From assembly GCA_963766885.1 (NCBI GenBank), contig CAVYBO010000001.1, positions 68,352 to 132,351 of the forward strand: 64,000 nucleotides of DNA, read 5' to 3'. Position 1 is the first letter of the stretch. Each line of letters starts with the position of its first letter. This document shows positions 9,379 to 19,661 of the stretch, piece by piece. This DNA is from an uncultured bacterium (GTDB lineage Bacteria; Patescibacteriota; Minisyncoccia; Phycocordibacterales; CAIRYW01). The notes beneath the pieces were generated by a model that was given only the letters and a program-made list of their open reading frames with translations, was not told the DNA's origin and searched no databases. The position numbers and the translations under genes were made by a program.

Positions 9379-9980
9379 GCTATACTAAATACACCACAGA
9401 TGCATTTGTAATTGCTTCTAAAGACACTGGAGAAGCAGATAAAATTTTTAAGCTTTACACCAAAGATTTTGGAATGGTTTTTGGAATTGCCAAAAGCGTG
9501 CGGCTTCTGAAATCAAAACTGAAAAATCATTTGAGTGCTGGAAATAGAATAAAAGTGTCTTTAGTGCGAGCTAAAGATTTTTGGAGAATTGTTGAAGCTG
9601 AAAGGATGAGCAAAGGAGAACAAGAATTTTCTCTTCGGGTTATGCCTGATGGCTCTCATAGAAAATTCTTGTTCTCCTTTTCTAGGATTCTTGCTGTTTT
9701 GTCGCGTCTTGTTCACGGCGAAGAGCAGAACGAAACAGTTTTTAATGTTCTTGTAGAAGCACAAAAGGCTTTGGAAGAAAGCGCGCCGGAGCACTATGAA
9801 GCGATTGAGATTATGGCTTCTTCCAAAATAATTGCAGCTTTAGGATACGGAAGCAACGAGGCGCTTTTTGAAAAGATAATCGCATCAAATTTTGGAGAAG
9901 AGGAAGCTATCGGAGTGATAAAAGAAAAGCGACAGATTATATCGATAATAAACAAAACTCTGGCCCATACCCAACTTTGA
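9375..9980 (+). CDS. recO: DNA repair protein RecO-like (short form, no zinc finger)
   Basis: The N-terminal OB-fold pattern TDAFVIASKDTGEADKIFKLYTKDFGMVFGIAKSVR resembles the RecO N-domain, and the C-terminal ALGYG matches a RecO motif. 201 aa. Confidence 0.5.
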   Translation: MSYTKYTTDAFVIASKDTGEADKIFKLYTKDFGMVFGIAKSVRLLKSKLKNHLSAGNRIKVSLVRAKDFWRIVEAERMSKGEQEFSLRVMPDGSHRKFLFSFSRILAVLSRLVHGEEQNETVFNVLVEAQKALEESAPEHYEAIEIMASSKIIAALGYGSNEALFEKIIASNFGEEEAIGVIKEKRQIISIINKTLAHTQL

Positions 9981-10025
9981 TTACATAGCTTCAATTCTCT
10001 TTTTTATATATAATTTGTAGGTTAA

Positions 10026-11975
10026 ATGTCTGAATCAGATGACAGCAGAATAGAAAGATTAAGAAAGGCGCTTTATTCAAAGAGCACCAATATAGAAGTT
10101 CCGCATCTTCTTGATCTCAAAAAACACAAAACTGAAGTTTCTACAGACTGGCAAAAAGAAGAGCCAGAAAAAACCGCGCCTATAGATATTAATTCAGAAT
10201 ATGATGTGGCCCGTGTCAAAAAATCACGCTTGATAAGAATCATGCTTGAGGGCGCGGCTGTATTTTTTCTGCTCTCTATCGCTTTTGCGGCTTTTGTTTT
10301 GTTTAAAGGCGTCAATGTAATTTCTCCAAATAAAATTGAACTTAATATTGTTGCTCCAGCCTCAATTCCTTCGGGTCAAGCCGCTTCTTTGGATATTTCT
10401 TTAACAAACCAGAACAGCAGCTCCCTTCAATTGGTTGATGTGATATTAAATTATCCTCAAGGTACAAGAAGTGCCGATGATCAAAGTCAAGAACTTACCC
10501 AAGATAGAGTATCTTTTGATTCGATTGCTCCAGGACAGACCGTGGAGGGCGCTTCGCGGGCGATTTTTTTTGGAGAAGATGGCACGACAGAAAAAATAAA
10601 TATTGAAATTGATTATCGTGTTTTTGGTTCTAACACAGTCTTTACCAAAAATTCCGAATATGATGTTGCCATCGGCACAGCGGCGCTTTCTTTGACTTTG
10701 GATTCTGACAGCCAAGTGACATCAGGTCAAAATATAAATATGACACTGACAGCCAAATCAAACTCGTCAAGTGTCGTCAAGGATGTCCTGCTCCAGGCCG
10801 CGTTTCCTTTTGGATTTACACTTTCCAGTTCAACGCCGAGTGTTTTGCCGCAAAACAATAACACTTGGGATTTGGGCGACATTGAGCCGGGTGGGGAACG
10901 GACCGTAAAAATTTCCGGTGTTGTTACTGGAGAACAGGACGAAGTAAGATTTTTCAGGTTTACGCTGGGGCTCGGATCTTCTGATAATCAGAATTCGCTT
11001 CAGACTCTTGTGGCATCTGCAGAAAATCAGCTTGTGGTTCAAAAGCCGTTTATTGGCACTGATGTTGTTCTAAACGGTCAGTCCTCAGACGGTTATATCA
11101 TGACGATGGGCGGACAGATTAACGGTACAATAAATTGGCAAAATAATCTGGATGTTCCTGTAAGTAATTTGCAGATTTTGACAACGGTCAAAGGAGATGT
11201 TTTGGATCCAAATAGTTTTTCTGCAGCTGATGGAGGTATAGTGCGTTCAGATGCCGGTACTTTTTCATGGAGTCAGTTTGAGGAGGATGCGCTTGCTAAT
11301 GTGACACCGGGGCAGAACGGGGCTTTGAATTTTTCATTGTCTACGTTGCCGATTTCTTCAAGCGCGCTTTCAAATGTCAGGAATCCGTCTGTTTCCATAA
11401 ATATAAACATCAAAGGCAGAATAATTTCAGACGCAAACTTGCCTGAGGATATAAATTCAGCGTTTTCCAAAAACATTCCAGTCAATACTTATGCAACCGT
11501 TGACGCGCAGGTGGTCCATTCAATCGGGCCTTTTACAAACACAGGGGCATTGCCTCCAAAAGTTAATCAGCCGACGGAATACACAATCATATGGACAGCA
11601 TCAAATATGTTTAATGATTTAGACAACGCTAAAGTCACTGCGACTTTGCCGAATTTTGTCACTTGGACTGGGGTTACTTCGCCTGCTGCTGAACAAATAT
11701 CTTTTGATCCAACGTCAAGACAAATAACTTGGAATTTGGGCACTCTTCTGGCTACTGGCGGCTCTGCTAGCGGACTGAGGCAAGTAGATTTTCAAATTGC
11801 GTTTACTCCAAGCAATAATCAAGCTGGTCAGAATCCTTTGCTTATGAATGACGCGGTTCTTTCTGGCACTGATTCGTTCACCAATCAAAATCTTTCTTTC
11901 ACTTCCGGAGACACGAGTTTGTCTATGCCTACAGATCCGGCCTTCAATAATGGTGATGATGTTGTCACGAATTAA
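10026..11975 (+). CDS. membrane-anchored protein with a large S/T/N-rich extracytoplasmic repeat domain
   Basis: Cytoplasmic N-terminus, a single TM segment (LIRIMLEGAAVFFLLSIAFAAFVLF), then ~570 aa of beta-rich repeats reminiscent of DUF11/CARDB. Confidence 0.5.
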   Translation: MSESDDSRIERLRKALYSKSTNIEVPHLLDLKKHKTEVSTDWQKEEPEKTAPIDINSEYDVARVKKSRLIRIMLEGAAVFFLLSIAFAAFVLFKGVNVISPNKIELNIVAPASIPSGQAASLDISLTNQNSSSLQLVDVILNYPQGTRSADDQSQELTQDRVSFDSIAPGQTVEGASRAIFFGEDGTTEKINIEIDYRVFGSNTVFTKNSEYDVAIGTAALSLTLDSDSQVTSGQNINMTLTAKSNSSSVVKDVLLQAAFPFGFTLSSSTPSVLPQNNNTWDLGDIEPGGERTVKISGVVTGEQDEVRFFRFTLGLGSSDNQNSLQTLVASAENQLVVQKPFIGTDVVLNGQSSDGYIMTMGGQINGTINWQNNLDVPVSNLQILTTVKGDVLDPNSFSAADGGIVRSDAGTFSWSQFEEDALANVTPGQNGALNFSLSTLPISSSALSNVRNPSVSININIKGRIISDANLPEDINSAFSKNIPVNTYATVDAQVVHSIGPFTNTGALPPKVNQPTEYTIIWTASNMFNDLDNAKVTATLPNFVTWTGVTSPAAEQISFDPTSRQITWNLGTLLATGGSASGLRQVDFQIAFTPSNNQAGQNPLLMNDAVLSGTDSFTNQNLSFTSGDTSLSMPTDPAFNNGDDVVTN

Positions 11976-12015
11976 ATAAAGCGTAATTTATATTTTTATG
12001 CTATAAATTCTATCT

Positions 12016-13440
12016 ATGACAAAAGATCCAAACAATAGCGCAAATAACAGCGACATCAGCAAAATGGAAAAAATAATCAGCCTTTGCAAAAGGAGGGGAT
12101 TTGTTTATCAAGGCTCGGAAATTTACGGAGGTCTTGGGGGTGTATATGATTACGGACACTATGGAGCAATGCTAAAAAACAATATACGTGATTCTTGGAT
12201 AAAACATATGATTCAGTTGCGCGACGATGTTTACCTTTTAGATAGCGCTATTTTTATGCATCCAACCACATGGGTGGCTTCAGGTCATGTGGCAAGTTTT
12301 GATGATCCGCAAATCGAATGTAGAAATTGTCATAATCGCATGAGAGCAGACCATATACTTGAAAGTTTTGGTATTTCAGCGGACAAAGCTACAATCGAAT
12401 TTATAAATGAAGAACTTGATAAATTAAGAAAAGAAAAAAAACTGAAATGTACTAATTGTGGTTCCTCAGATATAACCCAAGCAAAAAAATTTTCACTAAT
12501 GGTTAAATCAAATTTTGGATCACCAACGGATGCATTAACAGAGGATAATGTTGTTTATCTTCGCCCAGAGACATGTGGTGGCATATATTTGCAATACAAA
12601 AACACGGTTGATTCACTTCATCCAAAGTTACCTTTCGGTATTGCTCAGGTAGGCAAGGCTTTTAGGAATGAAATCGCAGCAAGACAGTTTATTTTCCGAA
12701 CGAGGGAATTTGAACAAATGGAAATGCAGTATTTTCTATATCCTTCAATGATGAAAGAAAATTATGATATGTGGAAGAAAATCAGGTGGGATTGGTATCT
12801 AAAATATGAAATTCCGGAGAGTAAGATTCGTTGGTATAAACATGAAAAATTGGCCCACTATGCTTCCGAAGCGTATGACATCGAATATAATTTTGAAACA
12901 CTTGGAGGATTTAAAGAAGTTGAAGGCATTCATGCCAGAGGAGATTGGGATTTATCACAGCATTCAAAATTTTCTGGTGTTGACCTGAGTTACTTTGATG
13001 AAGAAAAGAAAGAGAGATTTATTCCTCATATCATGGAAACATCTGTTGGTTTGGCTCGTCTTCTGCTTATGTTCATTGATAATGCGTATACAGAAGATGA
13101 ATTAGGCGGAGAAAAAAGAATTCTTCTTAAACTTCCTTATGAGCTTGCTCCGATTAAGGTTGCCGTTTTTCCACTGTTAAAAAATAAACCGGAATTAGTT
13201 AAAAAAGCTAAGGAAATTCATGAGATGCTTAGGTCCCATATAATGTGTGAGTTTGACGACAACGGCAACATCGGCAAAAGATATCGAAGACAAGATGAAA
13301 TCGGTACGCCGTTTTGCATCACAGTTGATTTCGACACTATGGAAAAAGATGCGGGTGTGACAATTCGCGATAGAGACACAGGCACGCAGGAGAGAATAAA
13401 AATTTCTGAAATTTTGGAATTTATAAAATCAAAAATCTAG
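12016..13440 (+). CDS. glyQS: glycyl-tRNA synthetase (class II, alpha2 type)
   Basis: FVYQGSEIYGGLGGVYDYGHYG, class II motifs FRNEIAARQFIFRTREFEQMEMQYF, and an anticodon-binding C-terminus. 474 aa. Confidence 0.9.
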   Translation: MTKDPNNSANNSDISKMEKIISLCKRRGFVYQGSEIYGGLGGVYDYGHYGAMLKNNIRDSWIKHMIQLRDDVYLLDSAIFMHPTTWVASGHVASFDDPQIECRNCHNRMRADHILESFGISADKATIEFINEELDKLRKEKKLKCTNCGSSDITQAKKFSLMVKSNFGSPTDALTEDNVVYLRPETCGGIYLQYKNTVDSLHPKLPFGIAQVGKAFRNEIAARQFIFRTREFEQMEMQYFLYPSMMKENYDMWKKIRWDWYLKYEIPESKIRWYKHEKLAHYASEAYDIEYNFETLGGFKEVEGIHARGDWDLSQHSKFSGVDLSYFDEEKKERFIPHIMETSVGLARLLLMFIDNAYTEDELGGEKRILLKLPYELAPIKVAVFPLLKNKPELVKKAKEIHEMLRSHIMCEFDDNGNIGKRYRRQDEIGTPFCITVDFDTMEKDAGVTIRDRDTGTQERIKISEILEFIKSKI

Positions 13441-13489
13441 TTTTCTTTTTGATTGACGTAATATATTTTGTGTTATAAAGTCATTTTTA

Positions 13490-13813
13490 ATGAAGACGAT
13501 CTTTTCGACTGACCCAGAAGGTGCTCAAAGATTTCTGGACACAATCAAGTTCTCCGAACTGTTTTCTCCTCGCACAAGAGCTGGGACGGATGACGTTTTG
13601 CCCATTGATCAATATGAAATCAAACCGGGAAATAATAAGACCGAAGTTTGGGTTCAGGCAGGTATTCTGATTGCACAGGATTTTTGCCAAAGACTTATCG
13701 AAGAATGTGGTCTGACTCACAAAGACACTACGGAGATGAATATCATGACCCAAGCTGTCAACTTCGATACGCCCTTCGGTTTTACTTTTCATGTCGTCGT
13801 CGTGTTTGCCTAA
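13490..13813 (+). CDS. hypothetical protein in a GC-rich segment
   Basis: 107-aa ORF followed by a hairpin terminator (GCAGACGGCCTTACCGCTTTCTGC plus a T-run) that supports plus-strand transcription. The minus-strand ORF 13487..13792 is the antisense alternative. Confidence 0.3.
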   Translation: MKTIFSTDPEGAQRFLDTIKFSELFSPRTRAGTDDVLPIDQYEIKPGNNKTEVWVQAGILIAQDFCQRLIEECGLTHKDTTEMNIMTQAVNFDTPFGFTFHVVVVFA

Positions 13814-13876
13814 GCAGACGGCCTTACCGCTTTCTGCTATTTTTATTATTAATTTTTTGTTAAGATTGCTTTTAAT

Positions 13877-15148
13877 ATGAAATTCAATAAAAAGACTTTA
13901 AAAAACGGCCTAAGGATTATTACAGTACCGATGAAGGATACAGAAACAGCCACTGTCATGGTGCTTGTTGAGGCAGGTAGTAATTATGAAGATAAGAAAA
14001 TCAACGGTCTTTCGCATTTTCTTGAGCATATGTGTTTCAAAGGCACCGAGAAACGGCCGTCTTCAGCGCAGATAAATTACGAGCTTGATGCGCTTGGCTC
14101 GCGTTCAAACGCTTTTACCTCAAACGAATACACAGGCTACTACGCCAAGGCGCATTACGGCAAGCTCTCGCAAGTTTTGGACATTGTTTCTGATGTTTAT
14201 TTAAATTCCACTTTTCCGGAAGAAGAAATGGAAAAGGAAAAAGGCGTAATCATTGAAGAGATAAATATGTACGAAGATATGCCGCAGAGCAAAGTCGGCG
14301 ACGTGTATATGGAATTGCTTTACGGCTCGCAGCCAGCTGGAATGCCTGTGATTGGTCCAAAAGAAAATATCCAAAAAATGAAAAGGGAAGATTTTTTGAA
14401 ATACAGGCAAGCGCATTACGTGCCAAGCGCCACGGCTGTGATTGTTTCTGGCAGAATGAATGAGAAAAAAGTAATTAAAGAAGTTGAAAATATTTTTAGC
14501 AAATTGCCAAAGGCTAAAAAGACAGGCAAAGAAACTCCAAAAGAGACTCAAAAAACTCCAGCTGTTAAATTGTTTTTCAAAGACACAGATCAGTCGCACT
14601 TAGTTTTGGGTTTTAGATCTTTTGATAGGCATGATAAGCGAAATACAGCACTGTCTTTGCTTTCAACAATTCTCGGAGGCGGAATGAGCTCCAGGCTTTT
14701 CCAAAAAATGCGAGAAGAGCTTGGCATCTGCTACTACGTTCATTCAGGCAAAGACGCTTTTACTACTCACGGCAATTTTTATATTTCTGCAGGAGTTTCC
14801 AATGCTCGTATCTTTGAGGCTATCAAAGGTATTTTTGAAGAAGTTAAAAAAATCAGAGACGGAGAAGTCTCAGACAAAGAACTTCGCAAAGCCAAGGATT
14901 ACAGGATAGGGAATATTTTCTTGGGACTTGAGTCTTCGGACGATTTTGCTAATTTTTATGGAGGACAGGAAATTTTGCGCGATAAGAAAGTTTTGACTGC
15001 AGATGAAATAGCAAAGATGGTTGAAAAAGTCACGGCCAAAGACATTCAAAAAGTAGCCAAAGAAATATTCAAAAACCAAACTATGAATTTAGCTATTGTT
15101 GGGCCGTTCAAAGATGGGGGAGAGTTCAGTAAAATCCTAAAAATATAG
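13877..15148 (+). CDS. M16 family zinc metallopeptidase (insulinase-like)
   Basis: Inverted zinc motif HFLEHMCFKGT (HxxEH). 423 aa. Confidence 0.8.
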   Translation: MKFNKKTLKNGLRIITVPMKDTETATVMVLVEAGSNYEDKKINGLSHFLEHMCFKGTEKRPSSAQINYELDALGSRSNAFTSNEYTGYYAKAHYGKLSQVLDIVSDVYLNSTFPEEEMEKEKGVIIEEINMYEDMPQSKVGDVYMELLYGSQPAGMPVIGPKENIQKMKREDFLKYRQAHYVPSATAVIVSGRMNEKKVIKEVENIFSKLPKAKKTGKETPKETQKTPAVKLFFKDTDQSHLVLGFRSFDRHDKRNTALSLLSTILGGGMSSRLFQKMREELGICYYVHSGKDAFTTHGNFYISAGVSNARIFEAIKGIFEEVKKIRDGEVSDKELRKAKDYRIGNIFLGLESSDDFANFYGGQEILRDKKVLTADEIAKMVEKVTAKDIQKVAKEIFKNQTMNLAIVGPFKDGGEFSKILKI

Positions 15149-15180
15149 AGGTGTAAAATCCTCAAAATAGTGATATATTA

Positions 15181-16233
15181 ATGCCAATGGAAGATAGGAA
15201 TATCACAGTCAATATCCACTCCGGCGCAATATTTAAAACTCTTGCAATCATTGCTTTGGCGGCAGCGATTTACTTTTTGAAAGATGTTGTATTGGTTGTT
15301 TTGACTGCTGTTGTCATATCTTCCGCCGTTGAGCCTGGAGTAATGTGGTTTGAGAAAAAAAGTATTTCAAGATTAATCGGTGTTTTGGCTGTTTACTTCT
15401 TTTTGGTTTTTGTAGTTGCTATTTTTTTCTTGTCGGTGGTACCGATATTTTTGAGCGATCTCTCTGGCATTATTTCAAATATTCCCCAGTATTTAAATCA
15501 AATCTCAAGCTACATTCCGCTTCTTGATGCTAGTTTGCTTCAAGGGTATGTGCCGATTTTACAAAACATTGCCTCTCAAGTTTCAAATGCGGGAATCGTG
15601 GACAAAATCACTTCTTCAACAAATTTTTTGGCCAATGTCCAAAATATAATCAACTCTTCGATTAGCGCAATTTTGATTTTCGTCTTATCGTTTTATTTTT
15701 CCGTTACCAAAAACGGCGTGGATAATTTTCTCCGAATAGTTACTCCTCTCAAACACGAAGCATATGTCATTGACCTGTGGCGCAGGACAAAACAAAAAAT
15801 CGGCATTTGGATGCAGGGGCAGTTGGTGCTTTGCTTGATGGTTGGCGTGATGGTTTATATTCCGCTTGCGATTTTGGGTATTAGGCATGTTTTGCTTTTG
15901 GCCGTGGCTGCGTCAGTCCTTGAAATTATTCCGGTTTTTGGTCCGACGCTTTTTGCAATTCCCGGAATCCTCTTTACTCTGCTTGATAAAGGCTTGGTCT
16001 TGGCTCTTGTGGTAACAGGAATTTACATCATCATCCAACAATTTGAAAACTATCTTTTGTATCCTGCAGTGGTCAAAAAAATAGTCGGCATTTCTCCGCT
16101 CATTGTAATTTTGGCTCTTGCTGTCGGCTACGAGCTGGTTGGATTTTTGGGGCTGATTCTCGCCATGCCGGTGTCGGTATTTATTGTTGAATATACTGAG
16201 GATCTGAACAAAAAGAGGAATAAGAATTCTTAA
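15181..16233 (+). CDS. AI-2E family transporter (UPF0118/PerM-like)
   Basis: Polytopic membrane protein of about 8 TM segments with the typical AI-2E length and hydropathy. C-terminus LAMPVSVFIVE. Confidence 0.7.
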   Translation: MPMEDRNITVNIHSGAIFKTLAIIALAAAIYFLKDVVLVVLTAVVISSAVEPGVMWFEKKSISRLIGVLAVYFFLVFVVAIFFLSVVPIFLSDLSGIISNIPQYLNQISSYIPLLDASLLQGYVPILQNIASQVSNAGIVDKITSSTNFLANVQNIINSSISAILIFVLSFYFSVTKNGVDNFLRIVTPLKHEAYVIDLWRRTKQKIGIWMQGQLVLCLMVGVMVYIPLAILGIRHVLLLAVAASVLEIIPVFGPTLFAIPGILFTLLDKGLVLALVVTGIYIIIQQFENYLLYPAVVKKIVGISPLIVILALAVGYELVGFLGLILAMPVSVFIVEYTEDLNKKRNKNS

Positions 16234-16244
16234 TAAAGGCAAGG

Positions 16245-17693
16245 ATGGAAAAATATTTTTATATCACCACAACTATTCCGTATGTGAATGCCAAGCCGCA
16301 TATTGGTTTTGCTTTGGAAATTGTTCAGGCTGATGCTTTGGCAAGAGCGCATACACTTCAGGGAGAGGAAGTATTTTTTAACACAGGTACAGATGAACAC
16401 GGCCAAAAAATATTTGATGCTGCCAAAAAGGAAGGTAAAGAGCCACAGGAATTTACTGATTTTTATGCGGAAAAGTTCAAATCCTTAAAAGAACTCTTAA
16501 ATATTTACGATGATATACATTTTATTCGGACAACAGATAAACATCATATTAAAGCAGCGGAGGAGTTTTGGAAAAGATGCAATGATTCTGGAGACATCTA
16601 CAAAGCAAAATATAAAATCAAATACTGCATAGGTTGCGAACTTGAAAAAACAGATTCAGAACTTGTTGACGGCAAGTGTCCTTTGCATCCAAATCTTGTC
16701 CTTGAAATCAGGGAAGAAGAAAATTATTTTTTCAGATATTCAAAATACCAGGACGCGCTTTTGAAACTTTACAAAACAAATCCGGAGCTTGTGGTTCCAG
16801 ATTTTCGTTTTAATGAAATCAAAAAATTTGTAGAAGGCGGCTTGCAGGACTTTAGTATTTCTCGTCCAGCTGCCAAAATGTCATGGGGAATTCCTGTGCC
16901 GGGAGACAACACACACGTGATGTATGTGTGGTTTGATGCGCTTGTAAATTATATTTCTACGCTTGGCTGGCCCGAAGATGAAAAGCAGCACCCAGAAAAT
17001 TTCCAAAAATTTTGGACAGGAAAAAACAATATTCAACTTGCCGGCAAGGATCAAATCAGAATGCAAGCTGGAATGTGGCAGGCGATGCTAATGTCGGCCA
17101 AGCTTCCACAAACTAAAACAATTTTTATCCACGGATTTATCAATTCCAGCGGACAAAAAATGAGCAAGTCTTTGGGCAACGTGATTGATCCAGAGCAGAT
17201 TGTTTCCGAATATGGCACCGATGCGCTTCGATATTTTCTTCTCCGCGAGATTCATCCTTTTGAGGATAGTGATTTTACCTTTGAGAGATTCAAAGAAAGC
17301 TATAATGCTAATTTGGCAAATGGATTGGGAAATCTAGTCTCCAGAATTATGAAAATGGCAGAAAGTAATTTGGAAAAGCCAGTTGAAATTCCAGAGAAAT
17401 CTCTAACAGAAGAATATTTTAAATTTTTTGAAAATTTTGAATTAAATAAAGCAATGGATTACATTTGGCAGAAAATTTCCGAACTGGATGAAACAATTCA
17501 GCAAAAAGAACCATTTAAACTTGTGAAAGCAAATAAAGAGGAGGGAATTAAAGTGATTGAAGATTTAGTTATTAAACTTAATTCAATTAGGCGAATGCTA
17601 AATTCTGTAATGCCGGAAACTTCTGCAAAAATAAAAAATCTTATAAAAGATAACAAATCTCCAGAAGCGCCGCTATTTTTGAGGAAGGAATAG
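16245..17693 (+). CDS. metG: methionyl-tRNA synthetase (short form)
   Basis: TTTIPYVNAKPHIGFA (HIGH-like) and KMSKSLGNVIDP. 482 aa. Confidence 0.9.
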   Translation: MEKYFYITTTIPYVNAKPHIGFALEIVQADALARAHTLQGEEVFFNTGTDEHGQKIFDAAKKEGKEPQEFTDFYAEKFKSLKELLNIYDDIHFIRTTDKHHIKAAEEFWKRCNDSGDIYKAKYKIKYCIGCELEKTDSELVDGKCPLHPNLVLEIREEENYFFRYSKYQDALLKLYKTNPELVVPDFRFNEIKKFVEGGLQDFSISRPAAKMSWGIPVPGDNTHVMYVWFDALVNYISTLGWPEDEKQHPENFQKFWTGKNNIQLAGKDQIRMQAGMWQAMLMSAKLPQTKTIFIHGFINSSGQKMSKSLGNVIDPEQIVSEYGTDALRYFLLREIHPFEDSDFTFERFKESYNANLANGLGNLVSRIMKMAESNLEKPVEIPEKSLTEEYFKFFENFELNKAMDYIWQKISELDETIQQKEPFKLVKANKEEGIKVIEDLVIKLNSIRRMLNSVMPETSAKIKNLIKDNKSPEAPLFLRKE

Positions 17694-17737
17694 AAAAATT
17701 TGACTTTGTCTTTATAAGCTTGTAAGGTTTTGGTCAT

Positions 17738-18190
17738 ATGTTCTCTGGAAAAACTGAAGTTAAGCGACTTCATTCAAAAGAAGTCACTGAAAAATGTGTT
17801 CGTGAGCTTAACCGGCTTGCTAAACAACAACATTCCGGGGCTCATCCTATGACTGTGGATGGGCTTCTTCACAAGATGGGACGGGGACTGGTCTTGGTTG
17901 TCGCGACTGCGGACGACAAGATTATCGGATTCGGATTCGTTGCTTTGCAGCAGTATCCGGCTCACTCTGTCTTAAGTCTCCACAGCCTGATTGTTTTGAT
18001 GAATCACGATTCTCTGGCGATAGGGAAGCGTATCTACGAGGCGCTCCTGGAGGAGACAAAGGGTTGGGTCTATGACCACATCGATGCTGAATGTTGGGAA
18101 AACGATGCTTATGCCTTGTCCATTCTGAGTGCCCTCGGATTCAAGCAAAGGGAAGGCCGACTGAAGTTTCGTTTCAAACCCAAGCGTTAA
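17738..18190 (+). CDS. GNAT-family N-acetyltransferase-like protein (GC-rich segment)
   Basis: 150 aa. GNAT-like core LVVATADDKIIGFGFV...LIVLMNHDSLAIGKRIYEALLEE. Local GC is visibly above the flanks. Confidence 0.45.
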   Translation: MFSGKTEVKRLHSKEVTEKCVRELNRLAKQQHSGAHPMTVDGLLHKMGRGLVLVVATADDKIIGFGFVALQQYPAHSVLSLHSLIVLMNHDSLAIGKRIYEALLEETKGWVYDHIDAECWENDAYALSILSALGFKQREGRLKFRFKPKR

Positions 18191-18255
18191 TCAAACGACT
18201 TGGGAATTTTTTATTTATGGAGATTTATATTTAAAATTTTGATACATTATTACTT

Positions 18256-19071
18256 ATGCAATTCAAATTCGTAGACAATCACGCGCACTTAAACTTCACT
18301 GCATTTGATGCGGATAGGGAGGAAGCAATACAAAGAGCCAAAGATGCCGGAGTGGCTGTGATAAATGTCGGCACTCAAAAAGACACTTCCAAAAAAGCTG
18401 TGGAAATCGCCGAAGCCAATGAAAACTGCTTTGCCATTGTGGGTTTGCATCCAGTACACACGTCAAAATCTTTCCATGATGAAAAAGAATTAGGGGAGGG
18501 CGGAGTAGAATTTACTTCGCGAGGAGAAATTTTTGACTATGAATTTTATAAAAATCTTTGCCAGTCACCGAAAGTTGTAGGCATTGGCGAATGCGGATTG
18601 GATTATTACAGACTTGAAGGAGAGACAAAAGAAATTCAGAAGAAAGCTTTTGAAGCGCAGATTAGATTGGCGGAAGAAACAGGTTTGCCTTTGATGCTCC
18701 ATCTTCGTGAAGCGTACTTGGATGCAATCGAAATTTTGAAAAATCATCCAAAGGTGAAAGGAAATTGTCATTTCTTTGCAGGCACTATTGAGGAAGCTAA
18801 AGAATTTTTGGATTTGGGATTTACGATTTCTTTTACAGGAGTAATTACGTTCGCAAAGCAATATGAAGAATTGGTTAAATTTGTGCCGCTTGAAAGTATC
18901 TTGTCAGAAACCGATTGCCCATATGTTTCGCCTGCACCTTACAGAGGAAAACGTAATGAGCCTTCATATGTAGTTGAAGTAGTAAAAAAAATCGCAGAAA
19001 TCAAAAATCTGCCGCTTGAACAAGTCTCTAAACAGCTTCTAGCCAATTCTAAAAGAGTTTTTGGGATATAA
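18256..19071 (+). CDS. tatD: TatD family metal-dependent DNase/hydrolase
   Basis: N-terminal DNHAHLNF, followed by GECGLDY and the HLR motif typical of TatD. 271 aa. Confidence 0.85.
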   Translation: MQFKFVDNHAHLNFTAFDADREEAIQRAKDAGVAVINVGTQKDTSKKAVEIAEANENCFAIVGLHPVHTSKSFHDEKELGEGGVEFTSRGEIFDYEFYKNLCQSPKVVGIGECGLDYYRLEGETKEIQKKAFEAQIRLAEETGLPLMLHLREAYLDAIEILKNHPKVKGNCHFFAGTIEEAKEFLDLGFTISFTGVITFAKQYEELVKFVPLESILSETDCPYVSPAPYRGKRNEPSYVVEVVKKIAEIKNLPLEQVSKQLLANSKRVFGI

Positions 19072-19146
19072 TTGCAAACCCACACTTTTGTGATATATTA
19101 GTTTCTGCCGTTTTAGACGGCATTTATTATTAATAATTCAATAAAT

Positions 19147-19632
19147 ATGGAAGAAAATGATGCCAAGGAGCAAGGGAGAGTCTATGAAATAGGCTTTCAC
19201 ATTGCTCCGCTTGTGGGAAACGAAAATGTTTCTCACGAAGTTTCTGGAATCAAATCTTTGCTTGAAAAAATCAATGCAGAGATCATTTCAGAAGACTTTC
19301 CAAGGCTACGTGCGCTTGCCTATCCTCTGAGTAAGAAGATAAAAGGCGCAAAAAACACTTTTAAGGAGTGTTATTTCGGCTGGGTTAAGTTTGAAGCTGA
19401 CCCGGAAAAGCTAGCTCTATTTGAAGAAGGGGTCGAAAAGCTTGAAAATATTGTCCGATTTTTGATTGTCAAAACAGTCAAAGACAACACTCTTTATGGC
19501 GCCAAGTTTGCCGCTAAGGAGAGAATGAGTTTCAAAAAGCCCGAATCTTCTGCTCCAGAAAAGAAAGAAGAGGTTAAAAAGGAGGTCAATGTGGAAGAGG
19601 TGGACAAGGCCATTGATGAGCTTGTAGTATAA
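19147..19632 (+). CDS. rpsF: ribosomal protein S6 with an acidic C-terminal extension
   Basis: YEIGFHIAP...LRALAYPL...IVRFLIVK matches the S6 fold. The rpsF-ssb-rpsR order is conserved. Confidence 0.75.
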   Translation: MEENDAKEQGRVYEIGFHIAPLVGNENVSHEVSGIKSLLEKINAEIISEDFPRLRALAYPLSKKIKGAKNTFKECYFGWVKFEADPEKLALFEEGVEKLENIVRFLIVKTVKDNTLYGAKFAAKERMSFKKPESSAPEKKEEVKKEVNVEEVDKAIDELVV

Positions 19633-19661
19633 TTGAGGAATAATAGTCTAATTAAAAAACT

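Noticed and set aside
13487-13863. ORFs 13487..13792- and 13648..13863+ overlapping 13490..13813+
   Set aside because: Only one can be real. The plus frame is followed by a correctly oriented terminator. Even so, the retained call has low confidence.
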